Assembly: GCF_964204645.1 (NCBI RefSeq)
Contig: NC_134027.1
Span: 5,364,485 to 5,428,484 of the forward strand
Length of the DNA stretch: 64,000 bases
Direction: 5' to 3'
From: Tubulanus polymorphus
Lineage: Eukaryota > Animalia > Nemertea
Shown piece after piece: positions 46,935-60,171 of the stretch. Made by a program: the position numbers and the translations under genes. The notes beneath the pieces are model-generated. The model was given only the letters and a program-made list of their open reading frames with translations, had not been told where the DNA came from and did no database searches. How positions within the stretch are numbered: position 1 is the stretch's first letter; the number at the start of each line of letters is the position of its first letter.

Positions 46935-47792
46935 TGTTCCAAAACTTAGGTACTATTCTATTCACCGATAGCTCTAAATTCAATGGCGACGGGATGGATT
47001 GGAAATATGGATGTATTTATCAACTTGCAACGCAGTGGGAACACTTAAGATGGGGAATTTTTTATATCTTTTCAAAAACGCGCTGAGCCTTAGGGATAAG
47101 CATAAATATGGGACGGCTTAGTCGGTGTAATGAATTGTTTATACGTATGGTGGCGCCACTATCCGGTCACCTGAGCTTTGTAACATAATTTCCGTGGTCT
47201 CCTTTTTCTTTCAAATATTTTTAATAATTATAAAAATTGCTTATTTTTTTCTTTCAAATATTCTTATGGCCCTTATCAGCCACCATTGATCGCTTTAGAT
47301 GAAGGAAAAAGATTACAATAATGATTACAGCTATTTTAATTTATTCATTGAAAAAGTTAATAGTTTTTGATGAATACAATGTAAAAAGCAAATAATCAAA
47401 ATTAAGCTATTGTATCATTTAAACTGAAAAAATACACATCTTTGTCACTGGTCACCCAGATAACAAGAATCCACACATTCACATTCAAAGACTTCAAATG
47501 TAATCATGCACTACAAGTATCATAATACAACAAAATGGAATGAATTGCATAGATTTCAAATTAAAATGTCACTTCTATTCGATATATGCAAAGCAATTAT
47601 TACATCTATATCTTAAAAGATGAATTTCACCATGATATATTGGAAAGATTGATCAATTACAACAAATTATTGAAAATATCTTCACTCTTTATCTCCTATA
47701 TATAGTAATATAGTAGTGATTCCCAATCATAATTAATCTTCTCTCTTAAAGACTAGGTTCTTCACTCATTATTTCAAATACAAAGGGTGCGT

Positions 47793-50700
47793 TCAAACAG
47801 TCCAATTTACTTCTGGTAAAAGCTCGGACATTTTTCGTTTGAAATCGCTCACATCACATACAGGATTTCCACCTAATTCGACCAGCAATAGTTGAGGACA
47901 ACGTGTCAACGATTTCAAACTATCGACTTCCACAATATCTGCACGTATATGGTTAAAGATATAACTATCAATTACTACACGATTTTCAGCTAAAAACCAT
48001 TTTTCTGACTTCATAAAAAGGATACGATTATTTTTTAGATTGATTTTTTGTAGAAACTGCAGTCCTTCCACATCACATACGCTGCTCAGTTGATTTCCTT
48101 CAAGGTTTAATTCTTGCACACACGCAATTAAGTTGACGTTCTTCAGTGATGATATTCTATTTTGTGATAAATCTACATGTGTACATAAGGCAAGATGCTC
48201 GGGATGATAAATTCCAGTCAGATTTTTGCCGTTGAGATCAATTTTACGATTTTCAGGGCTTAACGTTTCAATGCTGTTCTCTATCAGATATTTACTCCCT
48301 AAAGAAACAAAAATAACAAATTTCAGTATTCACCACCCGAGTTCATATTCTGCAGAAATAATGTTCACACTTACTTAAATCTTCATAGTAATTGGTCCTG
48401 TAAGGATCCACCTTGATAAGAGTATCAAAATATTCTAACATTTCCTGTTCATATTTTAATGGATCCAAGGCTTTCATCAGTGAAATTATGGTCAGCATTG
48501 TCCCTAAAATCATGAGAACCGATATTTCTTTCATTACCAAATACCACTATAGGTAAGACTGCAAGTTGGAACAGGTTCAATATATGCTAAGTCTTAACAA
48601 CTTGATACCTCCTTTCTCATTTCTGCTGAGGTTAAAAGTTGACCCATCCGACTGCCTATATACCGTACCCGGTACATTACTCTTTTAAAATCATGACCAA
48701 GCTAACCATGAAACAGTTATAGAAATGAACTGATTACAAATTTCATTGCAGTATACAAAATGACCCGGCCGATTAGGAAAAACAAGGCATCATTTCTTTC
48801 AACCTAATGGGCAGTTTTTTGCTTACATTTATGATCTGGTTCTAATTCAGCCAGTTGTTGGCAGGATTCTAACTCCTGGGTCAGAACTGAATTAGTAGCC
48901 GCACTCATCTCTAAACTACAATACAAGACAACAGATCCAAACGTATTGTATGTATATTCACAAAATATCTTTGTATAACTAATAAATACCGTAATTACCA
49001 ATACCTGAATAAAGTTCCCGGTAGAATTAAGTCTTTACTCCATACTTCACTAGCTGTTTCAGATACGGAAACATTTCTGATATTATCATCTACTGCCACA
49101 CTAACCAAGCATTCACATTGATTATCAGTCAGATAACTGCCTACATTACATGTCTACAGTATTGAGTTAAAAAAATATCGCAAACAATTAGAAACTGTAT
49201 GAAGGTACCGTAATATCTAAGAATAAAGTTACTTGTTTCAATTAAAAGGATACCCAAACTTCACACGGATATGCAGTTGAAGAACATGACTTCCATTCAG
49301 CGGCTTCAACTGTCTGTTGATTTATTTTTAGAGTGACAGTGCAATCAACACCAATCTGTTACAAGAATGGGTAGAACCTATAATACTGGGGAATAAATAC
49401 TGGGGTAGACTTGAAACAAAAAGAAAAGTCTTATGTTACTAACCTGAACAGGCTTTGATAATGTGATTACTATTCTGTTGTGTTGTTTATTTACATACAG
49501 TAAATCAATAGTGAGGTCTCGTTTACCTAAAACACACCAAGAAAAAACTATTCGATGCTCCCTTTATATATTCATTCAGGTTTATGTACATTCGTAGATC
49601 ATTTTACCTCTGCCTAGTAACCATCTATGATAAAACCAAGCACTCTGGTCGCTAGGGTCTGTGAAGAATGCGTTTTGTACAAGCTCAAACTCTACAAAAA
49701 TTTTGATACATATGAAATTCCGTATGACAACAAAACCAAACTGCTGCCTTTGGAGATCATATTAAGGCTGTACCTTTCTGAAGGAATTCCTCTTGTACGC
49801 CAACCTGATTATTTTCATCCGGATGAACTTGTGGAAGAAGTTTAGTGCGATAATGCCAGGAGGAAAAATTCGAAAAATTTGTTCCAATTTTCTGATCGGT
49901 AAATGCTAGTTCATCTTTAGGTAACACATTAGCCCGTGCAACTACAAATCGTCTATAATCCCAGCAGTGAACTAAAAAATAACACAAGTTCAATGAGCGA
50001 AAACATAGTTTCATTACGCCATTGCGGCAATAAAAAATTTTCAACAAGCGCATAAACTTACAATTTCGTTCATCATATTCTAAAAACTTATTGCACAACA
50101 TCAGTTCTCTATTCCAGTTAGGTGTTCCTAGATTATCCATCACCCAACACCGATGTTGCCACGTTCCATAGGATTTGGGATTCACTTTCAAGCATTGCTC
50201 TAAGAAATGTAACTCAGTTTGTTGTAGACTTTGCAGATCATCCTCCGACATTCTAGATTGAGAGTAACATCCATCATTCAGATATTATCAACAAATAAAG
50301 ATTCAATATGGACCAAACATAGCAATGTAAATAAGTTTCATACTCATTGTTAATGAGATGTGTCAGTACTTCTTTACGAATGTTCCATAATGTATAAAAA
50401 TCTGGATTTGCCGACAATATTTCACCGGATATATTCAGTGCCTCCTGATCATTTTCCCCATCTGTTCTCTGCAAACATGAAAACAATGCTGATTTCAGTA
50501 GCTAGGGGCAAGTGAAACTGCTTCTCATGAAACTATCCGGGTAGCTAACCTTTTGAAAGATTTTCTTAGTGGCACCAGTATAAAGCAATAATTTCTTTTC
50601 ACGTTCTTTCCTCTTTGCTTCTTGCTGTTCCGCAGTTGTTTTCACCTTCAAACGACCATGCTTGAACAAGGCAAAATGAAATAAGAAACTACAGTAAGAA

Positions 50701-52153
50701 GAATAAACTCCACCTTAGTGAATACCAGCTATCAACTAAATTCTTGAAATTGCTTGAATGTTCTTAGGTTCTTTAAATTCAAAGCTTTGAGAGGGGCGTT
50801 TTCTGGACCTTAGGAGGAAAAATAATTTGAAATTTCCAGAATGTGAGAAAAACAAAATTCCGAACTAATCAAATACAGAACTTGGATTTAAGAGGGGGTT
50901 TTATCTGCCCTCCAGACGCCCCTATGATGACGCCCATGGATAGCCCTACCTACGTCAAAACACCACAGCTTCTGGTACTAGTTAGTACAATAATACTAAT
51001 AGGCCTAAGTAGATATACGTAGAAGAATAGGCCTAATAAGAACATGCCTTAGACTTTCCAGGTGTGGTCTGCAATCTAGTTTCATGGATTCACTCCCACC
51101 TCCCTGGTGAAACTAAACCAGAGACAGGTTACTGACTAGCCCCAGGCCAGGCCAGGCCACGGCACACATTCACTCCTATTCACTATTTGGACCCGAAACG
51201 AATCCTTTCAACTACAGCTTGAGTGGTGTACCTATAAAAAGAAGTACCGCCGAAAAAGACCTCGGAGTGATTATAGATGATAAAATTAACTTTAAAACCC
51301 ATATAACCGATTCTGCTAACAAAGCTAACAGAGTACTCTACACGATAAAAAGAACGATGCACTTCCAAGACACTCGTGCTTTTCTGCTACTGTATAAATC
51401 ACTCGTGCATCCTATACTAGAATACGGAGTGTGTGTTTGGGCACCAAACTCTATCGCCGAGATTGACAAACTCGAAAGTATCCAGAGGAGAGCTACGAAC
51501 ATTATTAGAAATATTAGACATCTTCCATATGAACAACGATTACGAGTACTAAATCTCCCCAGCCTATCTTATAGAAGACTGCGTGGAGATATGATCGAAA
51601 CCTACAAATATCTCCATAAAATAAATCGCGCAAGCTCCATCGTCCATCTAGACCCTAGACCAAGAGAAACACGAGGGCACTCTCTAAAACTGGAGAAACG
51701 TAGAAGCAAAAAATCTATACGAGCGAACTTCTTCAGCAATCGAATAGTGAATATCTGGAATTCTCTACCTGATGATGTTGTATCATGCGAATCACTAGAC
51801 CTATTCAAGAAAAAACTTGACAAGCAATGGACAAATTACGAACTGAAATTTAATTATAAAGCAAAATGAACTGAAACTAGTCTATCCCCTTTTAGCAGCG
51901 CACTACGACGCAGATAAAGGACTATGTACAGCTAACCAGTGCAAGATCGCAGAGCGGTCACTCACTTATATGCTGATACTGATACTGATACTGAACAACA
52001 GCAGAGTCTGAGAAGAGGGACTGGGGCTGAATTTTGATGCCTCTATTTAAGGGTTATCAAATATTCACGCCTAGACCATCAGCAGTATTAAAGCCATTCA
52101 AACTTATCTCGATGATGAATATCTGAGAAGCAAGAATTTGAAAATAGTACCAT
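47793..52153 (-). CDS. RABGGTA: Rab geranylgeranyltransferase alpha subunit (PPTA repeats, Ig-like domain, LRRs), multi-exon
   Basis: ATG-only first coding exon at 52151-52153, then [91 protein letters not shown] and C-terminal LRRs. Confidence 0.96.
51178..51993 (+). mobile_element. 5'-truncated CR1/L2-group LINE in RABGGTA intron 1 (antisense to the host gene)
   Basis: ORF2 C-terminus EKDLGV...[18 protein letters not shown]...LESIQRRAT...YEQRL..LNL.SL..RRLRGD.IETYK...TRGHSLKL...[14 protein letters not shown] stops at 51869. A (CTGATA)n tail lies at 51973-51993. Confidence 0.92.
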
Positions 52154-52411
52154 TTTATAGCAGCAGTTTTGCGGTGTTGAAGAAGTTCTGGGAATTCACT
52201 GTCAATATCAAATTAAATTCAATCAATTATTATATTGACTAACTTAATCATAATGTAAGGCTAGCCATAGATGCATTAGTATTATTTTTTCCCTATTTCC
52301 ATTTTATATTGTGAGTATATATATATTTTAGATTTTCTGGATTATTAGATGTATTCATTTGGCCTTTTTGACCACCATAGACAGTCTTCGGCGAAAAACC
52401 CGTGATTCAAA

Positions 52412-55019
52412 ATGGCGGCCAGCGCAGAGAATATCATCAGTATGGAATCTGAAGAAGATTTACTGCAAAAACAGCGTAAAGAGAAAAAAGAACTACAGGG
52501 TGCGGTTTGATTGCACTTCGGCAGAATAGCTATGAATTAGTTGCAAAACATGTGTAGGAAATTCAACCGTAGAGCTGTTGATAAACATATATTTGTTTGT
52601 GTCACTCCTTGCTTCTCCCCACCACCGCCGGCCGATACGATCGCGATTCATCTCTCGGGACTCAGCTCAAGATCATCAATCAATCTCATCGTATCTATTG
52701 ATTTTAAAAGTTTTGTGAACAAAATATCCTTCTGTTTGTGTTTTCAGCTATAATTCAAAAGATAAAACACAGTGTACCAAAAGGAGACAAGAAAAAGAAG
52801 AAAGAGTCCCAAGCTGAAGTAGCCAGATTAGAAGCTGAACTAGATGAAAAACACGAAAAAGAGTTGAAATGTTTTACTTCATCAAAAATTGTGAGCAATT
52901 TTCTCCCCAACTTGTTTCATTTAATTTTTGTTGTTATATCTATATAAATACAAAAACCAGAACTTTGACTGCTAATGAAATTCTGGCCACTTTATCTGAT
53001 CGAAGAAGTGACTCGATTGTAGGTAAAAGATCTGTCTGAGGGTTTAGCAGAACTTGGTACAGAAAATGGTGAATGTAAATTAGAAGAAAAGAAGAAAGTT
53101 AGCAAAGCTCAAAAGAGGAGGGTAAGCAAATTATCGAATAGTGTACTGGATTTGATTATGTTCGCTCAATACTATTCCACTTTCAATGTATCATTTACAA
53201 CTGTCATAACTACCTCACACTTGATCCTCAATCAATTAAGGATAAGAAAGCAGCTAAGGAAAAAGAAACAGAGGATAATATCAAACAAGCTGAGATTGAC
53301 AATTTACTAGGTGCAAGAAATTTAGAGGCTGTTCAATTAGTAACAATTCTGAGTGGCCGAAATCTCATGATACATGAGGTAATTAAATGATATAAAATCT
53401 GAATGATTGCCAATATTGTTCTTGTTATTCAGACATGAAGAGATGGGACAGGCAGATTTATGTAGCGTGTATCTTTTTTTCAATTTTCCCTTTGCAGATC
53501 CCATCAGACGGCAACTGGTATGTATTGTACAGTGGCCATCCCTGGTGGGCAATATCAGAACTAAATATACCGGCCCAGCTTTTAACTCTTGATGTTAATT
53601 CATACAAAATAGATATAGGTTTTGATATAAAGTATCGAAATATATTTCTATCATCCGAAAAGTTTGTTTTCTATAAACTTACTTGAAAAATATATATTCG
53701 ATTAATTAAAGCAACATTTACAACATAAATATGATTGTAACGCACACCGATCAAGAAGACCGAAACCATTTCTACATATAATCTGATCCACCTTGTATTG
53801 GTACTCTGGTTTCTCTTCAACCGCGTTTTAATCTTTCGCCTTTTACTAAAGATTACCGTGGAGAGGAACAATCAATGAGTCTATAGACATATTTTTGAAG
53901 TCCTTCCTACAGGAAGGGCAACTAGTAAAACTAAATACAGAAATATTCACGCATCCTTACTCAAACGCACTTGTCATAACTATCTTGAAATACCCATGAT
54001 GTCATTAGATAACGAATGTTGCATGTTGTAGTGTCTTATTAATGGTGAATATACTTGCAGCATGTACTCGGCCGTTGAAGATCAGCTTAGGCGTTTAGGT
54101 GTAGAGGTTTGTATCAGGCGTTACGCGCTAATCACATTCGTTTCAGTTTTGCTTTGTGATGTTTTATAAAGTTTCTTTTTCATGCAGTCATCAATTGAAA
54201 TCTTACGCAAACAAACGGCTGATTATCTCCGAGCTAATGCAGATGATTTCATGCCATTTCTAACAAATCCACATACTGGTGATCCATTTACCCAAGGTAG
54301 ACAAACGATCAATAGCTACTGCTATCTTAATGCTATATGTGACCATCTCAACATTCTAATGATTATTTCAGAGAATTATGAGGCATATTGCCATGACGTT
54401 GAATCTACCACAGCTTGGGGTGGACAATTAGAGGTAATAAGTGTCTGTTACGAGTATAGTTAACGTAGGATTTGCTGTTTAACTATTGATCCTCCCGTAT
54501 TTCAGTTGAAAGCTCTTTCACAAGTTTTGAGGCATCCTATTGAAGTGGTGCAGGCAGATGGACCATGTATTGTAATAGGAGATGAACATAAAAAATCTGT
54601 ACTCATATTGTCGTAAGTATTTGTATAGGTCAGTGGGTTCTTAATATATTCACCATGGGCTATTGAATAGTGAAATAGTGGCTGTAGTATTTCTAAATAT
54701 AAATATTGGTAGTTATTCATATTTTGTAACCACAATCAGTTGCAAAATTCAAGCTCATGACAGGTTCTATGAGTGTGCTGGAGTTTCAAGTCTGTTGATT
54801 ACTGTATTTGTTCATCAGGGAATGTTGAATAATGTAATGGTCAGACTATCAAGCACTTCACCAAGTGGGCATGAACCCCTAGTTTCAATAACTTAACTTA
54901 AATAGATTGCCTGTACTTTGTATAATTGCAGGTACCATCGACACATTTATGGACTAGGCGAGCATTATAATTCTGTTGTGGCAAAACCTCAGGAGAGTGT
55001 TAATGATGGATTCACTTAA
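52412..55019 (+). CDS. OTUD6B: OTU-domain deubiquitinase 6B, multi-exon
   Basis: RKEKKELQ.IIQKIKHSVPKGDKKKKK; VSKAQKRR; catalytic IPSDGNC|MY; AWGGQLEL; YHRHIYGLGEHYNSV. Confidence 0.94.
54620..54886 (+). mobile_element. 3' fragment of the HINE family in the last OTUD6B intron
   Basis: About 1.5 degenerate 154-bp units are followed by ccaagtgggcatg...cccctagttt. Confidence 0.7.
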
Positions 55020-55593
55020 CAACAAAGTTAAATAAATTATCTATTGTTCGATAATCTTGTGTACAGATACCGTAATCCATTATGTATTGATATGTTTCAA
55101 TCACCTGTGAAAATGGCATGGCATTTATAGATGATGTAAATGATAGACAGACACATCAATCAAAACTGCAGAAATCAAATGATTCAATTATATAAACGTT
55201 TTATTTACATTGATGATAATAAATGCACGATTATACATTCATTTCTATGAGTTATAGTTTATATTGAGATTATACGTTTGATATCATCTGATGGTCATAC
55301 ATGTATACAGTAGTATTACACACTAACAACATCAATGTATAGTTTGACTTTCTTTCCCACTGACCAATATTACACATATACTAATATTTAATGCATTGAT
55401 CTGCATTGCATACCGGTAGTTTGGGTTAATCAAAATAAATAAAATATGTATGTACATAGAAGTTATATAAGATTTCATCATTTTAAGATAAGGTATTTAC
55501 AATCTTGCACTTAATAGCATCAAAGATCAGAGTTTGTATTGTTCCTGTTGTCCTTCCAAATCTATTGTCCATTACATCGAAATATTAAGTAAA

Positions 55594-58500
55594 TCATTGT
55601 GAAATCATTGATTCAAACAGTTCAGCTTCTGTTTGACCGTTTTCTATGTTCAGTTCTTGCAATCTACAATAGTAAGTTTCAATCAATATCTCGTGAAACA
55701 TTAAGAAATGCTGAAAACATGAATACTAGTATAATTTTGAAAACGAAATACCGAAATGCTGAAAACATGAATACTAGTATAATTTTGAAAACGAAATACC
55801 GTTTCATCAGTCGTTCATTTTCATCCATCAGCTTCTTGCTGTCTTCATTTTCTGTTTCATAACTGGTTAACCTTTAAAAAACAGAAAGAAATTAAACTTA
55901 AAGCATAATAGTTTTAATTCATTTTAAAAAGAAAACTAGTCCACTTACTCATCTTTCAGTTTGTAAAGTAGAGCTCGAGTTTGTGCTTTTCTTTCATTAC
56001 TTTGTGCATTCTGTGATACTGATGCATTTACATTTCCACCACCAGTCTTGGTTCCTATTTGCGAATCGAGATCAATGAACCAATCGCACACTTTAGCTCT
56101 GTAAGCAATCTGTGCCTAAACACGTAGATTTATATCGACAAATGAAGCAGATTGAAATAGGTTACTATGATTTAAATTCATAACCAACTTACAGCATCCT
56201 GGTTCTTGCTGTACTTTCTTTGATTTTCACATAGGTCATTCATGAAAGTCTCTAAACTTTTCACTTTGCCCGTTGTTTTGTAGGCCACTCTAAAAAAAAC
56301 GTGTTGAGATTATCAGGCAAGTTCAAAATAAATGGTATTTTAGAAGTTTGAATGATGGGTCATACCTGAACCAATCGGCCATTTTGCGATGCATATCATT
56401 CAAATGAACCAAGCATTTCTCACGGACAAATTTTGAGCCAGCATCACCACTTTGTATCAGACGAGTTCTAAGTGTAAGAGAGTAAACATTTCATCTAACT
56501 AACATCATGCACAAGGCTACAATTCTTTTTCAGCGTTAATGAACTACCTGTTGAACATATGAACTTGTCTATCATTGAAAGAGAGCTTGGGTCGTTTTCT
56601 GTCCATCTTAAACTCAAGCGTAATCTGTCTGGCATCACTAATTAATATTTCCATTCTTTTTATGCTAAAAGACACGATTTAATGTAATTCGTAAAATGCT
56701 TTATACCCAGGTTTCCATTTGATCAAATAATCAATATATTTACCATTTGCAATCGCACGTAACACCAGGCTGCCACATTTTGTAGAGTTCCTTCTTTTCA
56801 ACTAATCGCTTGTAGTAATCATCACAGTATTTTTTCATTCCTTTCATGTCTTGTGATAACTTAAAAACCGCAGTTACAATTAACAAAATGTATTTGCTGC
56901 ACCGGCAAAGATTCTCACACATAATTAATACCAAATCCTGCATACCTTTTCAGATGCCTTCATTGTATTATTTATCAATGAATTTAGGTCAGTTTCTAGG
57001 ATTGGTTGTCTGCCTACAGTTCCGTAATGACGAGATGATATAGACAGCAATTGCTTCTGTGTTTCGTGGAATTCAATGAAACCTTGCATTCGTTTGTACG
57101 TTTCATCGCACACAGCCGAAAAATGAGTCATGTAGTTCATTATTCTCTCTGTGTCTTTAGTGATGATGTGTCTTTACAATAAAGAATGAGTAAACTATAA
57201 TACAATCATAAACTGAATCGATGAGACAAGATGGTTGATACTCACGAAAACATTTTGACTGCTCGGTTGATTAAATTCTGTTTCGTAATAATTCTTTTAA
57301 TCTGGTTCTTGATAAAACATAAGTTACTGGCATATGATTTTGCGAGTATGTAATCTTGGTCAAGATTCTCCTGGTTTGAGGGATGTGGAAATGGAGCTAC
57401 AAAATTTAACACATTGCACTGTTCACACATTTTCTTTTTCTTTTTGATAAAGTACATTTTCATTACCAGTACTCACGAATGCTGGTTACACGCAGATTTG
57501 TGAACTCCTGATAGTCGGCTGGAAACAGAAACACTGGGTTTTGTTCAGTCGTCTCTGGGTATAAAGTGAATGGATCAGATGGGGAGATCAATTCAAGTAG
57601 CTTGTTTCCATCGTGCAATAACAACTGTTGGTCTAGACCAATAGCACTTTGTTCAGCAATCAGTTCCTGAATACGATTATACCTTCAGAAATATCAAAAT
57701 ACATGTTTATTACTACTGACTTGCTGTGAATATCAACTCTTAATAATAGATATGCATCTTCATACCTTTCATTATTATCCACATATATTCTTAAACATTT
57801 ACTAGCCCAAACATCGAAGACATGTAAAACCTTTTTGCTAACAATATTAAAGGTTTCGGCGAAGAGCTGTTCAAATCCCCAGACTCTGTCTGGATTACAC
57901 TCGAGTAGGCCTGCTAATAATGGAGTTAAAAGCCGCTTCAGTCCACTGCAATTACAAATACATCGTTATGATTTCCATAGACAGATAGCATTCGCTTCAT
58001 GCTTATGAAAAATCTTACTCAGAAATAAGACACGTGGAAGGTAACTGGCGACTCCACTCGATTCTACCTCCCTCTGAGCGTTGAATCCCTGAAATAACCC
58101 CTGATTCTTTCTTTGTTGTAATTTGAAACCTGGAAAAGAAAAAAAAATAACAGCTCAGTGATAATTCTAAAATAGGTCCAAGTGAAAATAAGAAATCACT
58201 GGTAGTTTATTAAGGACATACATGGTATGTTTATTTCGGCGACCTCCAAAAGGTTGGAATGGTAGTTCACCGGTAACAACATGGTATAGCGTTACACCTA
58301 AACTCCATAGATCTACAGTAGCACCAAACTGCTTTGGAGATGGTTGACGAAGCACAGCTCTTTCATACATATCAGGATGCTGTAAGTCAAATAGTATCAT
58401 ATATTCAGTGGTACCATGACAGCTTAAAATCATAGTCAGATAAATAGGATAGCATACCAAATACTCTTCAGTCCCATACAGTGACATGAACTGTTCTTCT

Positions 58501-59332
58501 TCGGCCAACTCTTTCGCGGCACCAAAATCAGTGAGTTTGTATATCGAACTTAAAATGACAGAATTAATTAGTACCAGACAGTTGAGAAATATATCAATGT
58601 TGATTCACAGTTGAACTTACCTTCCATCTTCAGTAACAAAGCGCAAAATATTTCCAGGCTTTATGTCACGATGAACAACATTTTGATCGCGGAGATGTTT
58701 CAACCCACAAGCTACAAATTCAAGGCAAGGATTTCATAATTGCTGAACACCTGTGGTCTCATTTCATGATTAGATATTCAATAACTTGTTGATAAAATAC
58801 TCACTGACGTGATCTAAGACCAATAAGAATTCATCCTCATCCATCCCATAGCCATTATCCGGATCATCTAAGAGTGTAAATAGACTTCCACCCGTACATA
58901 ACTCCATAATGATCACCTTGGAATGATCTGAATTCTAGACAAATAGAAAAATATGCATGAAATGCAAATGTGCGAAACCATATATGGGGTAGCCATTCAA
59001 TTACCTCTTCCTCCACGCCTAAAAGTTTAACAATGTTTGGATGATTCAAACGCTCCAAGACATCGAATTCCCTCATTTGAATTTCCAATGGACGTTGATG
59101 CCTACTGAGCATGTTGAAAGTTTTGACTGCAAACTTTTCGCCGGTTTTCTGAAAAATGAAGCGCATGCCGTAAGAATTCAAGGTATTTTCCCATTCACAA
59201 ATAGCCTACGTTTTTTACTAGAGATTTTAGCCCTACCTTATGCCGACATATATAAACAGCACCTGTGGCTCCTTGCCCAAGAACATCATTGAGATTCCAC
59301 ACATGTTTTTGTGAGGCTCTTAATTGAGACAT
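55594..59332 (-). CDS. TBK1: TBK1/IKK-epsilon-like Ser/Thr kinase, multi-exon
   Basis: [27 protein letters not shown]; FAVKTFN; HRDIKPGNI; [28 protein letters not shown]|[11 protein letters not shown]; ubiquitin-like and helical C-terminal regions follow. Confidence 0.95.
55705..55800. repeat. Perfect 48-bp tandem duplication covering the last TBK1 splice donor
   Basis: gaaatgctgaaaacatgaatactagtataattttgaaaacgaaatacc occurs twice in tandem. Confidence 0.95.
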
Positions 59333-59637
59333 CTAAAAACATTCAAGTTATATTTTACAACCATATTCGGTTTTTAGTGGAGGATTTTGATCTTGATCGT
59401 GATTTCTGCGACAACCAGACCTCAGTGTCATAAGAGGGTGTCGAGTTCAAATGGCATGGGCGGCTGGACCAGAGAGCAGATTTGATCGATCGCAACCGCC
59501 TTATCTGTTCCAGTCGACTAAAGTGAGGGGGAAAAATGAGTTCCTGTAGGTAGCCTATTACTCTACTGTTTTGGCTCTAATTGTTTGAATTTGATGAATT
59601 TATGGGCTAGAGGTCCTAGGCTAGGATTCTAATTTTC

Positions 59638-59746
59638 CACAGGGACTTGACACAAAAGGAATTTGACCCCAGTATCCTAGGTACTTCTATTTACATATAG
59701 TACCTAGGATACTGGGGTCAAAATCCTTTTGTGTCAAGTCCCTGTG
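59638..59746. mobile_element. Hairpin MITE, P-superfamily-like (CACAG...CTGTG)
   Basis: ~47-bp inverted arms. Flanks taattttc / tgattttc match at 7 of 8 positions (TSD). Confidence 0.8.
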
Positions 59747-60171
59747 TGATTTTCTATCTCCACGAATTCTTCAACCATGTCAACATCTTCAATGATGGAA
59801 AGTGTCACCTACTTGATTTGCCTTATTTTTGGTGCTGGTAGGAATACCAGCTGTTGATTGGTAACTGCTTACGACGGTCGCCTTAGGGTGGTTGGTTGAT
59901 TAGTGGGGAGTGTCACCAAAGTGTCAGTTGCTGCTGTCCTGGGGGTGGTTGGTTCCTAATCTTGCCCTGGCAAGGATGGGCTATTAGGTAGTACGGTACT
60001 GTAGCAGTGAGCTGTCGTGTGTCCGGACTTTCAAATTGTCTATCAAAACTAGTTATTTCATTTTCGAAATGGTAACATGGTGGCCGTTGACTCGACAAAA
60101 TAGAACATTCCTGTGACTATATTTAGTTAGTTTTTGGGCGATAGGGTTTTCCCCAAAACCCGGAAGTAACC

